Shown: positions 24,101-32,516 of the stretch, piece by piece
Position numbering within the stretch: position 1 is the first letter of the stretch
Layout of the letters: the number at the start of each line of letters is the position of its first letter
Source of the DNA: an uncultured Chloroflexia bacterium
GTDB taxonomy: Bacteria; Chloroflexota; Limnocylindria; Limnocylindrales; CSP1-4
Assembly: GCA_963707215.1 (NCBI GenBank)
Contig: CAVPPB010000002.1
Location: 256,001-320,000, forward strand
DNA length: 64,000 nt
Direction: 5' to 3'
Notes under the pieces: model-generated
Told to the model about the DNA's origin: nothing
Database searches by the model: none
The model's input: the letters and a program-made list of their open reading frames with translations, nothing else
Program-made: the position numbers and the translations under genes

Positions 24101-26995
24101 CTAGCGCCGCTCGACCGGGCGCTCGCCGGCCGTGGTGACCGGGACGGCGGCCGGCGCGGCTACCAGGGTCGGCGGATCGATCGGGGTGGGCTCCGAGAGC
24201 ACGAGCTCGTCGACCAGGGCCAGCCCCTCGGCGGCGCCGACGACACGCCCACGACCCGTCCGCTTGGCGGCGATGCAGGCCCGATCGGCGGCCAGGAGGA
24301 TCTCTTCCGCGGTGGCCCCGTCCTCCGGGAAGGACGCCAGTCCGACCGAGCAGTCGACGACCGTCCCGTCGGTGCCTTCCGCCGATGCGCTGGCCCCTCG
24401 GACGGCTCCCCGGATCCGCTCCGCCACGGATCGGGCGCCGGTCTCGTCGGCCCCCGACAGGATCATGGTGAATTCGTCTCCGCCGTAGCGGAAGGCAAGG
24501 TCGCCCTCCCGGCCGACCCCCAGGATCGCGCCGCCGACGACGCTGAGGAAGCGATCCCCGGCCTGGTGGCCGAGTCGGTTGTTCACGGTCCGGAAGTGGT
24601 CGAGGTCCACCATGACCAGGCCGAAGGGCGCACCGGCGTCGACGGCCCGGGCCAGGTGCTCGACGAAGGCCCCGTGGTTGAGGAGGCCGGTCCGGTCGTC
24701 GGTCAGGGCCCGGGCCTCGACCGCGGCGTGGACGGTCGCGTTCTGGAGGGCGATGGAGACCTGCGCGGCGAACAGCCGGACGAGCTCGAATTCGTCGGGG
24801 GCGAACGGCCGCTCGGCGCCTAGCCGCTCTACGAGAAGGACCCCGGACACGCCGGACCGATCGCGCAGCGGCGCGACGATCAGGCTGGCCTCGCGCAGCT
24901 CGAGCCCGGGGACCGCCCTGATCCTCGGGTCGTCTCGGACGTCCGGCACCAGGACCGGAGCGTCGTTGGCGAGGACCCAGCCGGCGATCCCGGTGTCCGC
25001 CGGCTGGGCATCGGCCAGGTAGGCCGGCGCGTCGACGCCGCGAGCGGCCAGCGGTCGGAGCACTCCCGCTACCCGGTCCCAGTGCTCGAGCCAGAGGTTG
25101 TCGTGGCGGACAAGGCCGTCGAGCCGGCTGGCGACCTGGTCGAGGACAGCGGCGGGGTCGAGGGTCGTCAGCAGGGATTCCGTGAGGCGCAGCAACTCCC
25201 GCTGGCCATCGAGCTGCCGCTCCAGGGCCGCGGACTGGTCTCGCAGGCGCTCGGTCGCATCGGCGTTGGCCATCGCCCCGGCCGCCAGGCTGGCGTAGAT
25301 CTCGAGGATCCGGAGGTCGTCCGCCGTGAAGCGGTCGATGCCGAGCTTCGAGAGGACCAGGACGCCGAGGACCTGGTTCTCGTGGATCATCGGGGCCAGG
25401 AGCATCGACTCCGGCAGGTCGTCCTCGGTGCCCGGGATCGTGTGCGACCTCGGGTCTGCCGCTGCGTCGGACAGGTACTGGGCGATCCCGTGCCGGGCGA
25501 CCCAGCCGGTGATGCCCTGCCCGACCTTCAGGCGCAGCTGTTCGAACGTTTCGTCCTCGTACTCGCCCACCTGGCCTCGGATGGCGACCGGGACGAGGTC
25601 GTCGCCGTCCGCGCGATACACCCGGACGTTGTGGTTGTCGATCAGCTCACGGAGCTCGCTCGCGATCGCCTCGCCGATCTCTCGGACGGTCGTGAGGTGG
25701 TTCAGCCGAGCGCCCAGCGCCTGGATCGACTGGAGCTGCGCGGCCCACGTCGCCATCTGCTGGTAGTCGGCTGCGGCCTTGATCGCCACGCTCGCCTGGG
25801 CGCTGAAGGCCTCGATCGTCTCGAGCTCCTCGCGGCCCCAGGCGTGAGGTTGGTCGTGGTACACGGCCAGGACCCCGAGGACGTCGCCGCCGGACAGCAA
25901 CGGAGCGACGCAGATGGTGTCGAAGCCCTCCTGGACCACGGCCGCCCGGAGCGCGGCTCCGCGCGGATCGTCGCGGTAGCCGACGGCGAAGGTGGTCCGC
26001 CGGGTCTCCAGGACCTCGGCCACGAGGGAGGGACTCCGGAACTCCCGGGTCGCGGCTACGTACGCTGTCGAGAGGCCCCGGCTGACCTCTGCCGCTACGC
26101 GGCCGTCAGGCCGGCGGAGGAAGAGCGCTGCTCGATCAGCCTCGAACAGGACGAGGAGGTGGTCGGCCAGGCCCCCCAGGATCCGGTCGAGGTCGAGGCG
26201 GCTGCCGATGTCGCTGGCGACCCGCCGCAGGGCATCGGCTCGGTGTAGCCGATGGGCGACCTCCTCCGCGCGGCGGCCGGACCGTACGGCCGAAGCGACG
26301 ACGCGGGCTGCGGCCTCGGCCGGTTCCACCTCGGGATCGCCAAGGGTCCCGTCGGCGCCGGCCGCCAGCCAGAGCACCCCCCAGGCCTCGTCAGCGCCGG
26401 GGATCGGCGTCGCGAGCTCGGGCCCGTGTCCCGGCAGGATCGCCTCGCCGTCGAGCTCCCGGCTCCCGAGCACGACGGCGGCCCGGGCCTCCAGGCACCG
26501 ACCGGCGATGCCGAAGGTCTCGGGAAGCTCGACCGCCCGCCCCGCCCCTGCCATCGCCCTCGGCACGAGGCGACCACCAAGTCGCTCCCAGATCCCTACG
26601 GCCTCCAGTCCCCAGGCATCGCGCAGGATCCTGGCGCAACCCGAGAGACTGGCATCGAGTGGTCGTCCGGTCGCGACGGCGTCGGCCAGGAGCACAAGCA
26701 GGCTGAGATCGGGGTGAGCGCCCTCCCTGGGGTCGGGCCACGACGAAGCGTGCCTGCCCGCCGCGCTCGCACCCGCCGGGCGAGGCTCCGAGGCCGTGCC
26801 ACCCGCCTCGACCGGACCGTGACCCGAGTTGATGAAGCGCTCCAGGTCACCGAGTCGATAACGTCGGTCGCCTCGGGCGTTGATCCGATAGCAGCGCAGC
26901 CTCCCCTGGTCGCTCCAGGCCCGCACCGTGTTCGGGTGCACCCCGAGGAACCGCGCCGCGCGGGTCACGGAGAGCGTCGCGTCGGGGGGTCGCAT
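24101..26995 (-). CDS. Excisionase/MerR-type HTH + multiple GAF domains + GGDEF diguanylate cyclase
   Basis: LSVTRAARFLGVHPNTVRAWSDQG..RGDRRY at the N-terminus; about 4 GAF repeats; DDRTGLLN, DLDHFRTVNNRLGH..GD, REGD I-site, RYGGDEF. Confidence 0.88.
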   Translation of the reverse strand: MRPPDATLSVTRAARFLGVHPNTVRAWSDQGRLRCYRINARGDRRYRLGDLERFINSGHGPVEAGGTASEPRPAGASAAGRHASSWPDPREGAHPDLSLLVLLADAVATGRPLDASLSGCARILRDAWGLEAVGIWERLGGRLVPRAMAGAGRAVELPETFGIAGRCLEARAAVVLGSRELDGEAILPGHGPELATPIPGADEAWGVLWLAAGADGTLGDPEVEPAEAAARVVASAVRSGRRAEEVAHRLHRADALRRVASDIGSRLDLDRILGGLADHLLVLFEADRAALFLRRPDGRVAAEVSRGLSTAYVAATREFRSPSLVAEVLETRRTTFAVGYRDDPRGAALRAAVVQEGFDTICVAPLLSGGDVLGVLAVYHDQPHAWGREELETIEAFSAQASVAIKAAADYQQMATWAAQLQSIQALGARLNHLTTVREIGEAIASELRELIDNHNVRVYRADGDDLVPVAIRGQVGEYEDETFEQLRLKVGQGITGWVARHGIAQYLSDAAADPRSHTIPGTEDDLPESMLLAPMIHENQVLGVLVLSKLGIDRFTADDLRILEIYASLAAGAMANADATERLRDQSAALERQLDGQRELLRLTESLLTTLDPAAVLDQVASRLDGLVRHDNLWLEHWDRVAGVLRPLAARGVDAPAYLADAQPADTGIAGWVLANDAPVLVPDVRDDPRIRAVPGLELREASLIVAPLRDRSGVSGVLLVERLGAERPFAPDEFELVRLFAAQVSIALQNATVHAAVEARALTDDRTGLLNHGAFVEHLARAVDAGAPFGLVMVDLDHFRTVNNRLGHQAGDRFLSVVGGAILGVGREGDLAFRYGGDEFTMILSGADETGARSVAERIRGAVRGASASAEGTDGTVVDCSVGLASFPEDGATAEEILLAADRACIAAKRTGRGRVVGAAEGLALVDELVLSEPTPIDPPTLVAAPAAVPVTTAGERPVERR

Positions 26996-27042
26996 CGTCT
27001 CGAGGGGTCGCTCGCTGGAGGATTTGGTAAGTCGGCCCGGCG

Positions 27043-27092
27043 AGCGTAGGCAGGCTCACAGTTCCTGCCAATAGGACCCTCGTACGGGGTCC
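27043..27092 (-). promoter_or_regulatory. Sigma70-type promoter TTGGCA-N17-TACGCT with overlapping inverted repeats
   Basis: -35 at 27066-27071 and -10 at 27043-27048; GGCAGG-N9-CCTGCC at 27049-27069; GGACCC-N7-GGGTCC at 27074-27092. Confidence 0.55.
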
Positions 27093-27096
27093 GAGG

Positions 27097-27486
27097 TCAG
27101 GGGCGATCGTCCGGGCGCCCGGTCAGGCGCACATACCCAAGGGTCGCTACCAGTGCCGCGGCCCCCAGCGCGGCGACGGCCATGACGGCAAGCCAGGGCT
27201 CGCCGACCACGCTGGGAGTGCCGGACGGGACCCTGGGGTCGCCGACCGGATCGGCCGATGCTCCGACCGACCCTGCCGGCGTGATCATCGGCGTCGGCTC
27301 CGCAGCCGCGACCGAGGTGTCCTGGCGGCCCGAGACAGCCGGACCGAGGCCGACGGCCACGGCCAGGGCGACGCCCAGTGCTGCCGCGAGCAGGGCGGCT
27401 CTCCCCGGGTGCAGCCGCGGCCGCTCGCTCGTGGTGCCGGCTCGCCGCGCGGCGAGCCTGGATCCGTCGCCCGGCGGCCTCCTCAC
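27097..27486 (-). CDS. Small hypothetical membrane protein (2 TM)
   Basis: GTGA overlap with the upstream gene; N- and C-terminal hydrophobic helices. Confidence 0.55.
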   Translation of the reverse strand: MRRPPGDGSRLAARRAGTTSERPRLHPGRAALLAAALGVALAVAVGLGPAVSGRQDTSVAAAEPTPMITPAGSVGASADPVGDPRVPSGTPSVVGEPWLAVMAVAALGAAALVATLGYVRLTGRPDDRP

Positions 27487-28202
27487 CCCAGGAGCGCCTG
27501 GGCGGATGCCATCAGCAGGCCGACGACCACGAGGACGACGCCGGCGCCGAGCAGGAGGGCCACCGAGGTCGCGCGCCACCGTCCACCTCCGGCGAGCACC
27601 CGCATGGCCTCGTCCCGCTCGAGGGTCGACAGGATGAGCGGTCGCCCCGTCCCGGCGGTCAACACGATGGAGCCGTTCGCCCGTCGGGTCGGCACGCCCA
27701 GGGCGATGGCGTGCTCCACGGCGGAGACCTGCTGGATGACGATCCGGGCCCGGGTGTCGGGCGCGGTGCCGGCAGGGACGCGGTCCGCCAGATCGCCGGC
27801 GATGCCGGTGGATTCACGGGGGAGCACGACGAGCCCCGGTCCCAGCGCGTCCTGGTCGACGGCGATCTCCTCGAGCCCCTCGCGGAGCGAGAACGGGACG
27901 GCCTCACGGCCGTCCTCGACCGTGACCCAGCGGCCGCGACGGTGCAGCTCGACCCGGGTCCGGCGGCATACCAACGGCCGATCGGCCGCGTCGGTGAACG
28001 CCGTCTCGCTGTCGATCCTCCCTTCGACGGCGACGTAGCCGGCTCGCCCCGACTCGGCCGCCTCGACGGCCGCGGCGATCGGAACGATCGGCGTCGCTGC
28101 CAGCAGCCGGCCCAGCCGGTAGCCGGATCCGAAGCTGAGCAGGGTCAGCACCCCGGCCGCGAGCGCGACGAAGCCGGCGACGATCAGGATCTGGGGGTCC
28201 AC
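27483..28202 (-). CDS. Hypothetical membrane protein, possibly GIDE-domain-like
   Basis: TM, then a soluble domain (LAATP..YVAVEGRI..W..VPF.L), then a second TM; TATCAT 6 nt before GTG. Confidence 0.65.
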   Translation of the reverse strand: MDPQILIVAGFVALAAGVLTLLSFGSGYRLGRLLAATPIVPIAAAVEAAESGRAGYVAVEGRIDSETAFTDAADRPLVCRRTRVELHRRGRWVTVEDGREAVPFSLREGLEEIAVDQDALGPGLVVLPRESTGIAGDLADRVPAGTAPDTRARIVIQQVSAVEHAIALGVPTRRANGSIVLTAGTGRPLILSTLERDEAMRVLAGGGRWRATSVALLLGAGVVLVVVGLLMASAQALLG

Positions 28203-28384
28203 GGCCGGATGATAGCCGCGGCGAGAAGGTCGGCCACGGGCCGAAGCCCCGGTGCCGGACATGAGAACGCCCGAAGGAACCGCTCCGACGCGTGGGCGTT
28301 GATGCGATCGCCGCCGTTAGCGTCCTTGGGCCCCTCCGGGCTGGGATGAACGGTAGGCGCCGTGAGCGGCTCGGTCAATCGAGT

Positions 28385-28435
28385 TCATCCACGAATCGAG
28401 GCCGCGAGATCCGACTTTTCCACCGCTCATCCACA
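28385..28435 (+). promoter_or_regulatory. Cluster of three DnaA-box-like nonamers
   Basis: TCATCCACG 28385, TTTTCCACC 28416 and TCATCCACA 28427, versus consensus TTWTNCACA. Confidence 0.35.
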
Positions 28436-28466
28436 GTCGGCCGGTCACTCGCGTCCCGGCGTGAGC

Positions 28467-29036
28467 TCAGTCGGTCGCCCGCCCGGTCGCCGGGTCGAGC
28501 GCCGACATCATGCCGCCGTAGCTGGTCAGGACGAGGCGGCCGCCGACGAGCTCGGCCGAGGCGACGACGTCGGAGTGAGCCGCTCTCCAGGCCACCGAGC
28601 CATCGGCCTCGATGGCGAAGGTCTCGATCTCCGCCTGGACGAGCACGTGGTCGAGTCTTGCGGACCCGAGGACCGCGACGATCGGGCTGTGTGACCGGTG
28701 CCACCAGCGCAGCTGGCCGCTCCGGGCCTCGAACCCGTACGTGTGGAAGCCATAGGCCACCACGAGGAGCCCGGCCGTGTCCCAGTAGACGGCCCTGGGC
28801 CGATCGTGGATAGCGCTGGCGACCCGGGCGACCCAGGTGGCACCGGGGGCGTCGACGCGCAGCTCGGCTCGACAGAGGCGATCCGGTTCGGCGGCGACCA
28901 GGCTTCCGTGATCCTGGAGGGCGCCGCCAGCTTCCGTCAGGGCGAAGATCTCGGCCGCCTGGCCGCTCCCGCCCCATCGAAGGCGTGCCCGGATCGCACC
29001 CGGGAACCGGACGACCGCATCGAGCGGCTCGGCCAC
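28467..29036 (-). CDS. Hypothetical protein with PQQ-like beta-propeller repeats
   Basis: SGQLRW, DGSVAW and ALDPATG Trp-docking-like motifs. Confidence 0.6.
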   Translation of the reverse strand: MAEPLDAVVRFPGAIRARLRWGGSGQAAEIFALTEAGGALQDHGSLVAAEPDRLCRAELRVDAPGATWVARVASAIHDRPRAVYWDTAGLLVVAYGFHTYGFEARSGQLRWWHRSHSPIVAVLGSARLDHVLVQAEIETFAIEADGSVAWRAAHSDVVASAELVGGRLVLTSYGGMMSALDPATGRATD

Positions 29037-29048
29037 CGGGATCGCCGG

Positions 29049-29666
29049 TCAGGCGCCGGCGCCGTGGGCGGCCGGATCGGGCGCGGTCAGGATCGCAACG
29101 GGGTCCGGGTCGGCGACCGATGACGCCGGCCGGTCGTTGGCGGCCTCAGCGGCGACGTCGGCTGGACGTCGGGTCTCGGCGATCGGCGCGACCGTCGCGT
29201 TCGCGAGCATCCGCAGGGCCGCCGGTGAGGCCGGGAAGACGGCGGTCGCCGTGCCCGCGGCGGCCCAGACGATCGTGTACCGGCCGAGATCGGGGTCCAT
29301 GAACGCCCGGATGAGCCGCTGATGGCCGATCGGTGGGATCCCACCGATGGTGAAGCCGGTCAGCTCGGCGGCCTCGCGGGCCGTCGCTCGCCGCACGTCC
29401 GACTTCCCGACCACCGCTGCCAGCCGGCCCAGGTCGACGCGATCGACCCCCGCCACGAGGCAGAGGATCGGCTCGAGCGTATCGCCGTCGGGGACGACGA
29501 AGACCAGCGACTTCACGATCTGCCCGAGCTCGACCCCGAGGGCGGCCGCCGCTTGCTCGGCCGTGTGGGTCGACTCGTCGAAGGTGGTCACCTCGAGCGT
29601 CACGCCCTTGCGGGCGGCCGCCTCGAGCACCCGCTGGATGGCTGGATGCGCGGGATCCTGCGGCAC
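29049..29666 (-). CDS. YbaK/EbsC family aminoacyl-tRNA deacylase
   Basis: THTAEQAA, QIVKSLVF, TGFTIGGIPPIGH, WAAAG. Confidence 0.9.
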   Translation of the reverse strand: MPQDPAHPAIQRVLEAAARKGVTLEVTTFDESTHTAEQAAAALGVELGQIVKSLVFVVPDGDTLEPILCLVAGVDRVDLGRLAAVVGKSDVRRATAREAAELTGFTIGGIPPIGHQRLIRAFMDPDLGRYTIVWAAAGTATAVFPASPAALRMLANATVAPIAETRRPADVAAEAANDRPASSVADPDPVAILTAPDPAAHGAGA

Positions 29667-29672
29667 GGCCCG

Positions 29673-29715
29673 AGTCTAGCACCGGCGATGCGCGCGGCCG
29701 GGCTCGCGGTAGCAT
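29673..29715. promoter_or_regulatory. Back-to-back divergent -10 elements of probable leaderless genes
   Basis: TAGACT (minus, 29673-78) and TAGCAT (plus, 29710-15), each 6 nt from a GTG start, with no SD sequence. Confidence 0.55.
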
Positions 29716-29721
29716 CGGGGC

Positions 29722-30372
29722 GTGAAGTCGATCCTCTTCGACTGGGACGGCACGCTCGTCGACTCGCTGGGGGCCTATTTCGAGGCCAACCGCTGGGTCC
29801 TGGACCAATTCGGCCTGCCCTTCGACGAAGAGCTCTACCGGCTCCACTACGCCCCTGACTGGCGGATCCAGTACCGGGCCCTCGGGGTACCCGAGGATCG
29901 ACTGCCCGAGGCCCACGAGCTCTGGCGGGCGCGCTTCTCCCTTCAGGATGCCCGGCTCCTGCCCGGTGCTGACGAGGCGCTGGTCGCGCTCGCGGCGGCC
30001 GGCTATCGCCTCGGCCTGGTGACCGCGACCGAGCGCGACTCCGCGGAGCCGCTCATCGCCAGGCTCGGCCTCGACGACCTCCTGGAGGCGCGGGTCTACG
30101 GCGACGACCTGCTCGTCCACAAGCCCGATCCGGAGCCGTTGCGCCTGGCGCTCCGGCGGCTCGGGCACGACGGTGCTCCAGCGAGCGCGATCTACGTCGG
30201 CGACGCCGTGCCCGACATGCTGATGGCCCGGGCCGTCGGGACGCGGGCGATCGGCGTCCGGTCGATCCTCGGCGACCCCGACGAGCTGCGGGCCGCCGGA
30301 GCCGAGACCGTGGTCGCGTCCGTCGCGGCCTGGACCGCCGATCTGCTGGGTCGGCCCGCCCCCGTGGCCTGA
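29722..30372 (+). CDS. HAD-family hydrolase (phosphoglycolate phosphatase-like)
   Basis: LFDWDGTLVDS, KPDPEP, YVGD. Confidence 0.9.
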   Translation: MKSILFDWDGTLVDSLGAYFEANRWVLDQFGLPFDEELYRLHYAPDWRIQYRALGVPEDRLPEAHELWRARFSLQDARLLPGADEALVALAAAGYRLGLVTATERDSAEPLIARLGLDDLLEARVYGDDLLVHKPDPEPLRLALRRLGHDGAPASAIYVGDAVPDMLMARAVGTRAIGVRSILGDPDELRAAGAETVVASVAAWTADLLGRPAPVA

Positions 30373-30374
30373 TC

Positions 30375-31061
30375 GTGCACGTCATCGTCGTCGCCGACGG
30401 GGACACGCCTACCCGGGCCGCCCTCGACGACGCCTGGCCCGGCTGGGCCGACGACGTGGGACTCGTCGTCGCGGCCGACGGCGGCGCGACGGCCTGCCCG
30501 ACGCTCGGCCTCGCCCCCGACCTGGTCGTCGGCGACGGGGATTCGCTGGGGCCCGGCGGTTGGGAGCGGCTCGAGCGGTCCGGCATCGCGGTCGAGGTCG
30601 CGCCGGTCGACAAGGACGAGTCGGACCTCGAGCTTGCTCTCGCGGCGGCGGTCCGGCGCGGCGCCGATCGGATCACGGTCCTCGGCGCCTTCGGTGGTGG
30701 GCGCCTCGACCACGAGCTCGCCAACATCGCCCTGCTGGCCCATCCGGTCGTGGACCGGGTGGCGGTCGACCTGCTCGACGAGCGGAACCGGATGGCGCTC
30801 CTGCGTGGACCGGCGCCTGGAGGTGGGCGGGCCCGGCGCTCGCTTCCCGGCCCGCTCGGTGCGATCGTTTCGCTCCTGCCGGTCGGCGGCGGGGTCGATG
30901 GGGTGACCACGACCGGCATGCGCTATCCCCTGGACGACGAGCCGCTTCCGTACGGTCCGGCCCGCGGGCTGTCCAACGTCCGCGTCGCCCACGACGCGGC
31001 GGTCTCGATCCGGCGTGGCCTCCTGCTCATCGTGGAGTCGCCTGCTACGCTCGGAGCATGA
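30375..31061 (+). CDS. thiN: Thiamine pyrophosphokinase
   Basis: AADGGA, PDLVVGDGDS, KDESDLELAL, GGRLDHELANI, GLSN. Confidence 0.9.
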   Translation: MHVIVVADGDTPTRAALDDAWPGWADDVGLVVAADGGATACPTLGLAPDLVVGDGDSLGPGGWERLERSGIAVEVAPVDKDESDLELALAAAVRRGADRITVLGAFGGGRLDHELANIALLAHPVVDRVAVDLLDERNRMALLRGPAPGGGRARRSLPGPLGAIVSLLPVGGGVDGVTTTGMRYPLDDEPLPYGPARGLSNVRVAHDAAVSIRRGLLLIVESPATLGA

Positions 31062-31558
31062 CGACGCTTCAGCCAGGCGACCTCGCCCCCTCGATCGAGC
31101 TCCCCGATGAGACGGGGACGACCCATCGGCTGGCCGATCAACGCGGCCGCTGGACGGTCGTCTACTTCTACCCGCAGGACGACACGCCCGGTTGCACCAC
31201 CGAGGCCTGCCAGTTCCGCGATCGCGGGGCCGATATCGCCGCCGAGTCGGCCGACGTGTGGGGCATCAGTCCGGATGGGGCGGCCAGCCACGCGGCCTTC
31301 CGGGCCCGGTTCCAGCTCCCGTTCGTCCTGCTCAGCGACGAGGACCACGCGGTCGCCGAGCGATACGGCGCGTGGGGGCTGAAGAAGAACTACGGCCGCG
31401 AGTATGAGGGGATCATCCGTTCGACCTTCCTCGTCGACCCCGACGGGCGGATCGCCCGGGTCTGGCCCCGGGTCAAGGCGGACGGCCACGCCGATCGCGT
31501 GCTGGAGACGCTTCGCGAGCTGGCGGCCGCATGGCCCGGCTTGCGGGTGGACGCGTGA
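31058..31558 (+). CDS. bcp: Thioredoxin-dependent peroxiredoxin (BCP/PrxQ)
   Basis: YFYPQDDTPGCTTEACQFRD, GISPD, RSTFLVD. Confidence 0.92.
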   Translation: MTTLQPGDLAPSIELPDETGTTHRLADQRGRWTVVYFYPQDDTPGCTTEACQFRDRGADIAAESADVWGISPDGAASHAAFRARFQLPFVLLSDEDHAVAERYGAWGLKKNYGREYEGIIRSTFLVDPDGRIARVWPRVKADGHADRVLETLRELAAAWPGLRVDA

Positions 31559-31663
31559 GCGCGGCGACTGCCGTCGCGCGCGACCGTCCCAGGCGAAGGG
31601 CGGCCTCGCCCGTGGGGGGAGACGGGCGAGGCCACGCTCCGAATCCTACTAGAGGGCGTCGCC

Positions 31664-32464
31664 GTGGGTGAGCTCGGGTCTCAAGTCGACCACCGGGACC
31701 ATGCCTGGCGGCCGGAGCGCTTCATGGTCGTCGCGGCGCATCCGGACGACGCCGACTTCGGGCCGGCGGCCACGGCCGCTCGCTGGATCGATGCGGGCTC
31801 GGTGGGACGGCTCGTCTGCTGCACGAGCGGCGACGCCGGCGGCACCGACCCCGACCAGGATCCCCTCGAGCTCGCCGCCCTCCGGGAGTCGGAGCAGGCG
31901 GCGGCCGCCGCGATCATCGGCTACGAGGGCGTCGCGTTCCTCCACCAGCCTGACGGCGCCCTTGCCAACGACCTCGCCCTGCGCGAACAGCTGGTCCGCG
32001 AGATCCGGACCTTCAGGCCGGATGCGGTCCTCTGCACCGATCCCGAAGTCATCTTCTACCGCGGCGGTGGGGTCAACCACGCCGATCATCGCGCCGCCGG
32101 GATGGCCGCGGTCGATGCCGTGTACCCGGCCGCCCGCAACCCGATGGCCTTTCCTGCCCTCGCCCGCGCCGGGCTCGAGGCCCACATCGTGCGTCGGCTC
32201 TACCTGTTCTGGTCGGAGCACCCCACCGCCTGGGTCGACGTGACGGCCACGATGGATCGGAAGCTCGACGCGCTCAGGGCCCACGCCAGCCAGATCCGCG
32301 ACCCTGAGCGCCTGATCAGCTGGATCGGCGAGTGGGCCCACGAGGAGGGGGAGGCGATCGGCGTGGCTGCCGGCGAGGCCTTCCGGGTCATCGTCATCGA
32401 GGATGACGATGACGAGGGCCCGACCGGCCAGGCGGCGACCGAGCACGACGACGCGGCCGACTGA
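31664..32464 (+). CDS. PIG-L/LmbE family deacetylase
   Basis: AHPDD, TSGDAG, NHADHR, ALRAHASQ. Confidence 0.88.
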   Translation: MGELGSQVDHRDHAWRPERFMVVAAHPDDADFGPAATAARWIDAGSVGRLVCCTSGDAGGTDPDQDPLELAALRESEQAAAAAIIGYEGVAFLHQPDGALANDLALREQLVREIRTFRPDAVLCTDPEVIFYRGGGVNHADHRAAGMAAVDAVYPAARNPMAFPALARAGLEAHIVRRLYLFWSEHPTAWVDVTATMDRKLDALRAHASQIRDPERLISWIGEWAHEEGEAIGVAAGEAFRVIVIEDDDDEGPTGQAATEHDDAAD

Positions 32465-32516
32465 AGGCGGGACCATAGGAGAGCGGTGCCCGCCGAGGGG
32501 GCGGTCGCCTGCCGGC

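Noticed and set aside
23960-24104. Possible c-di-AMP (ydaO) riboswitch or ncRNA (GAGGAACC, GGGGTGA, GTCAGCTA, hairpins)
   Set aside because: Other core motifs are missing, there is no downstream + strand gene, and GC-rich DNA forms hairpins by chance; an Infernal/Rfam search would settle it.
28262-28466. Replication origin oriC
   Set aside because: Only three imperfect boxes, no AT-rich unwinding element, and no dnaA/dnaN nearby.
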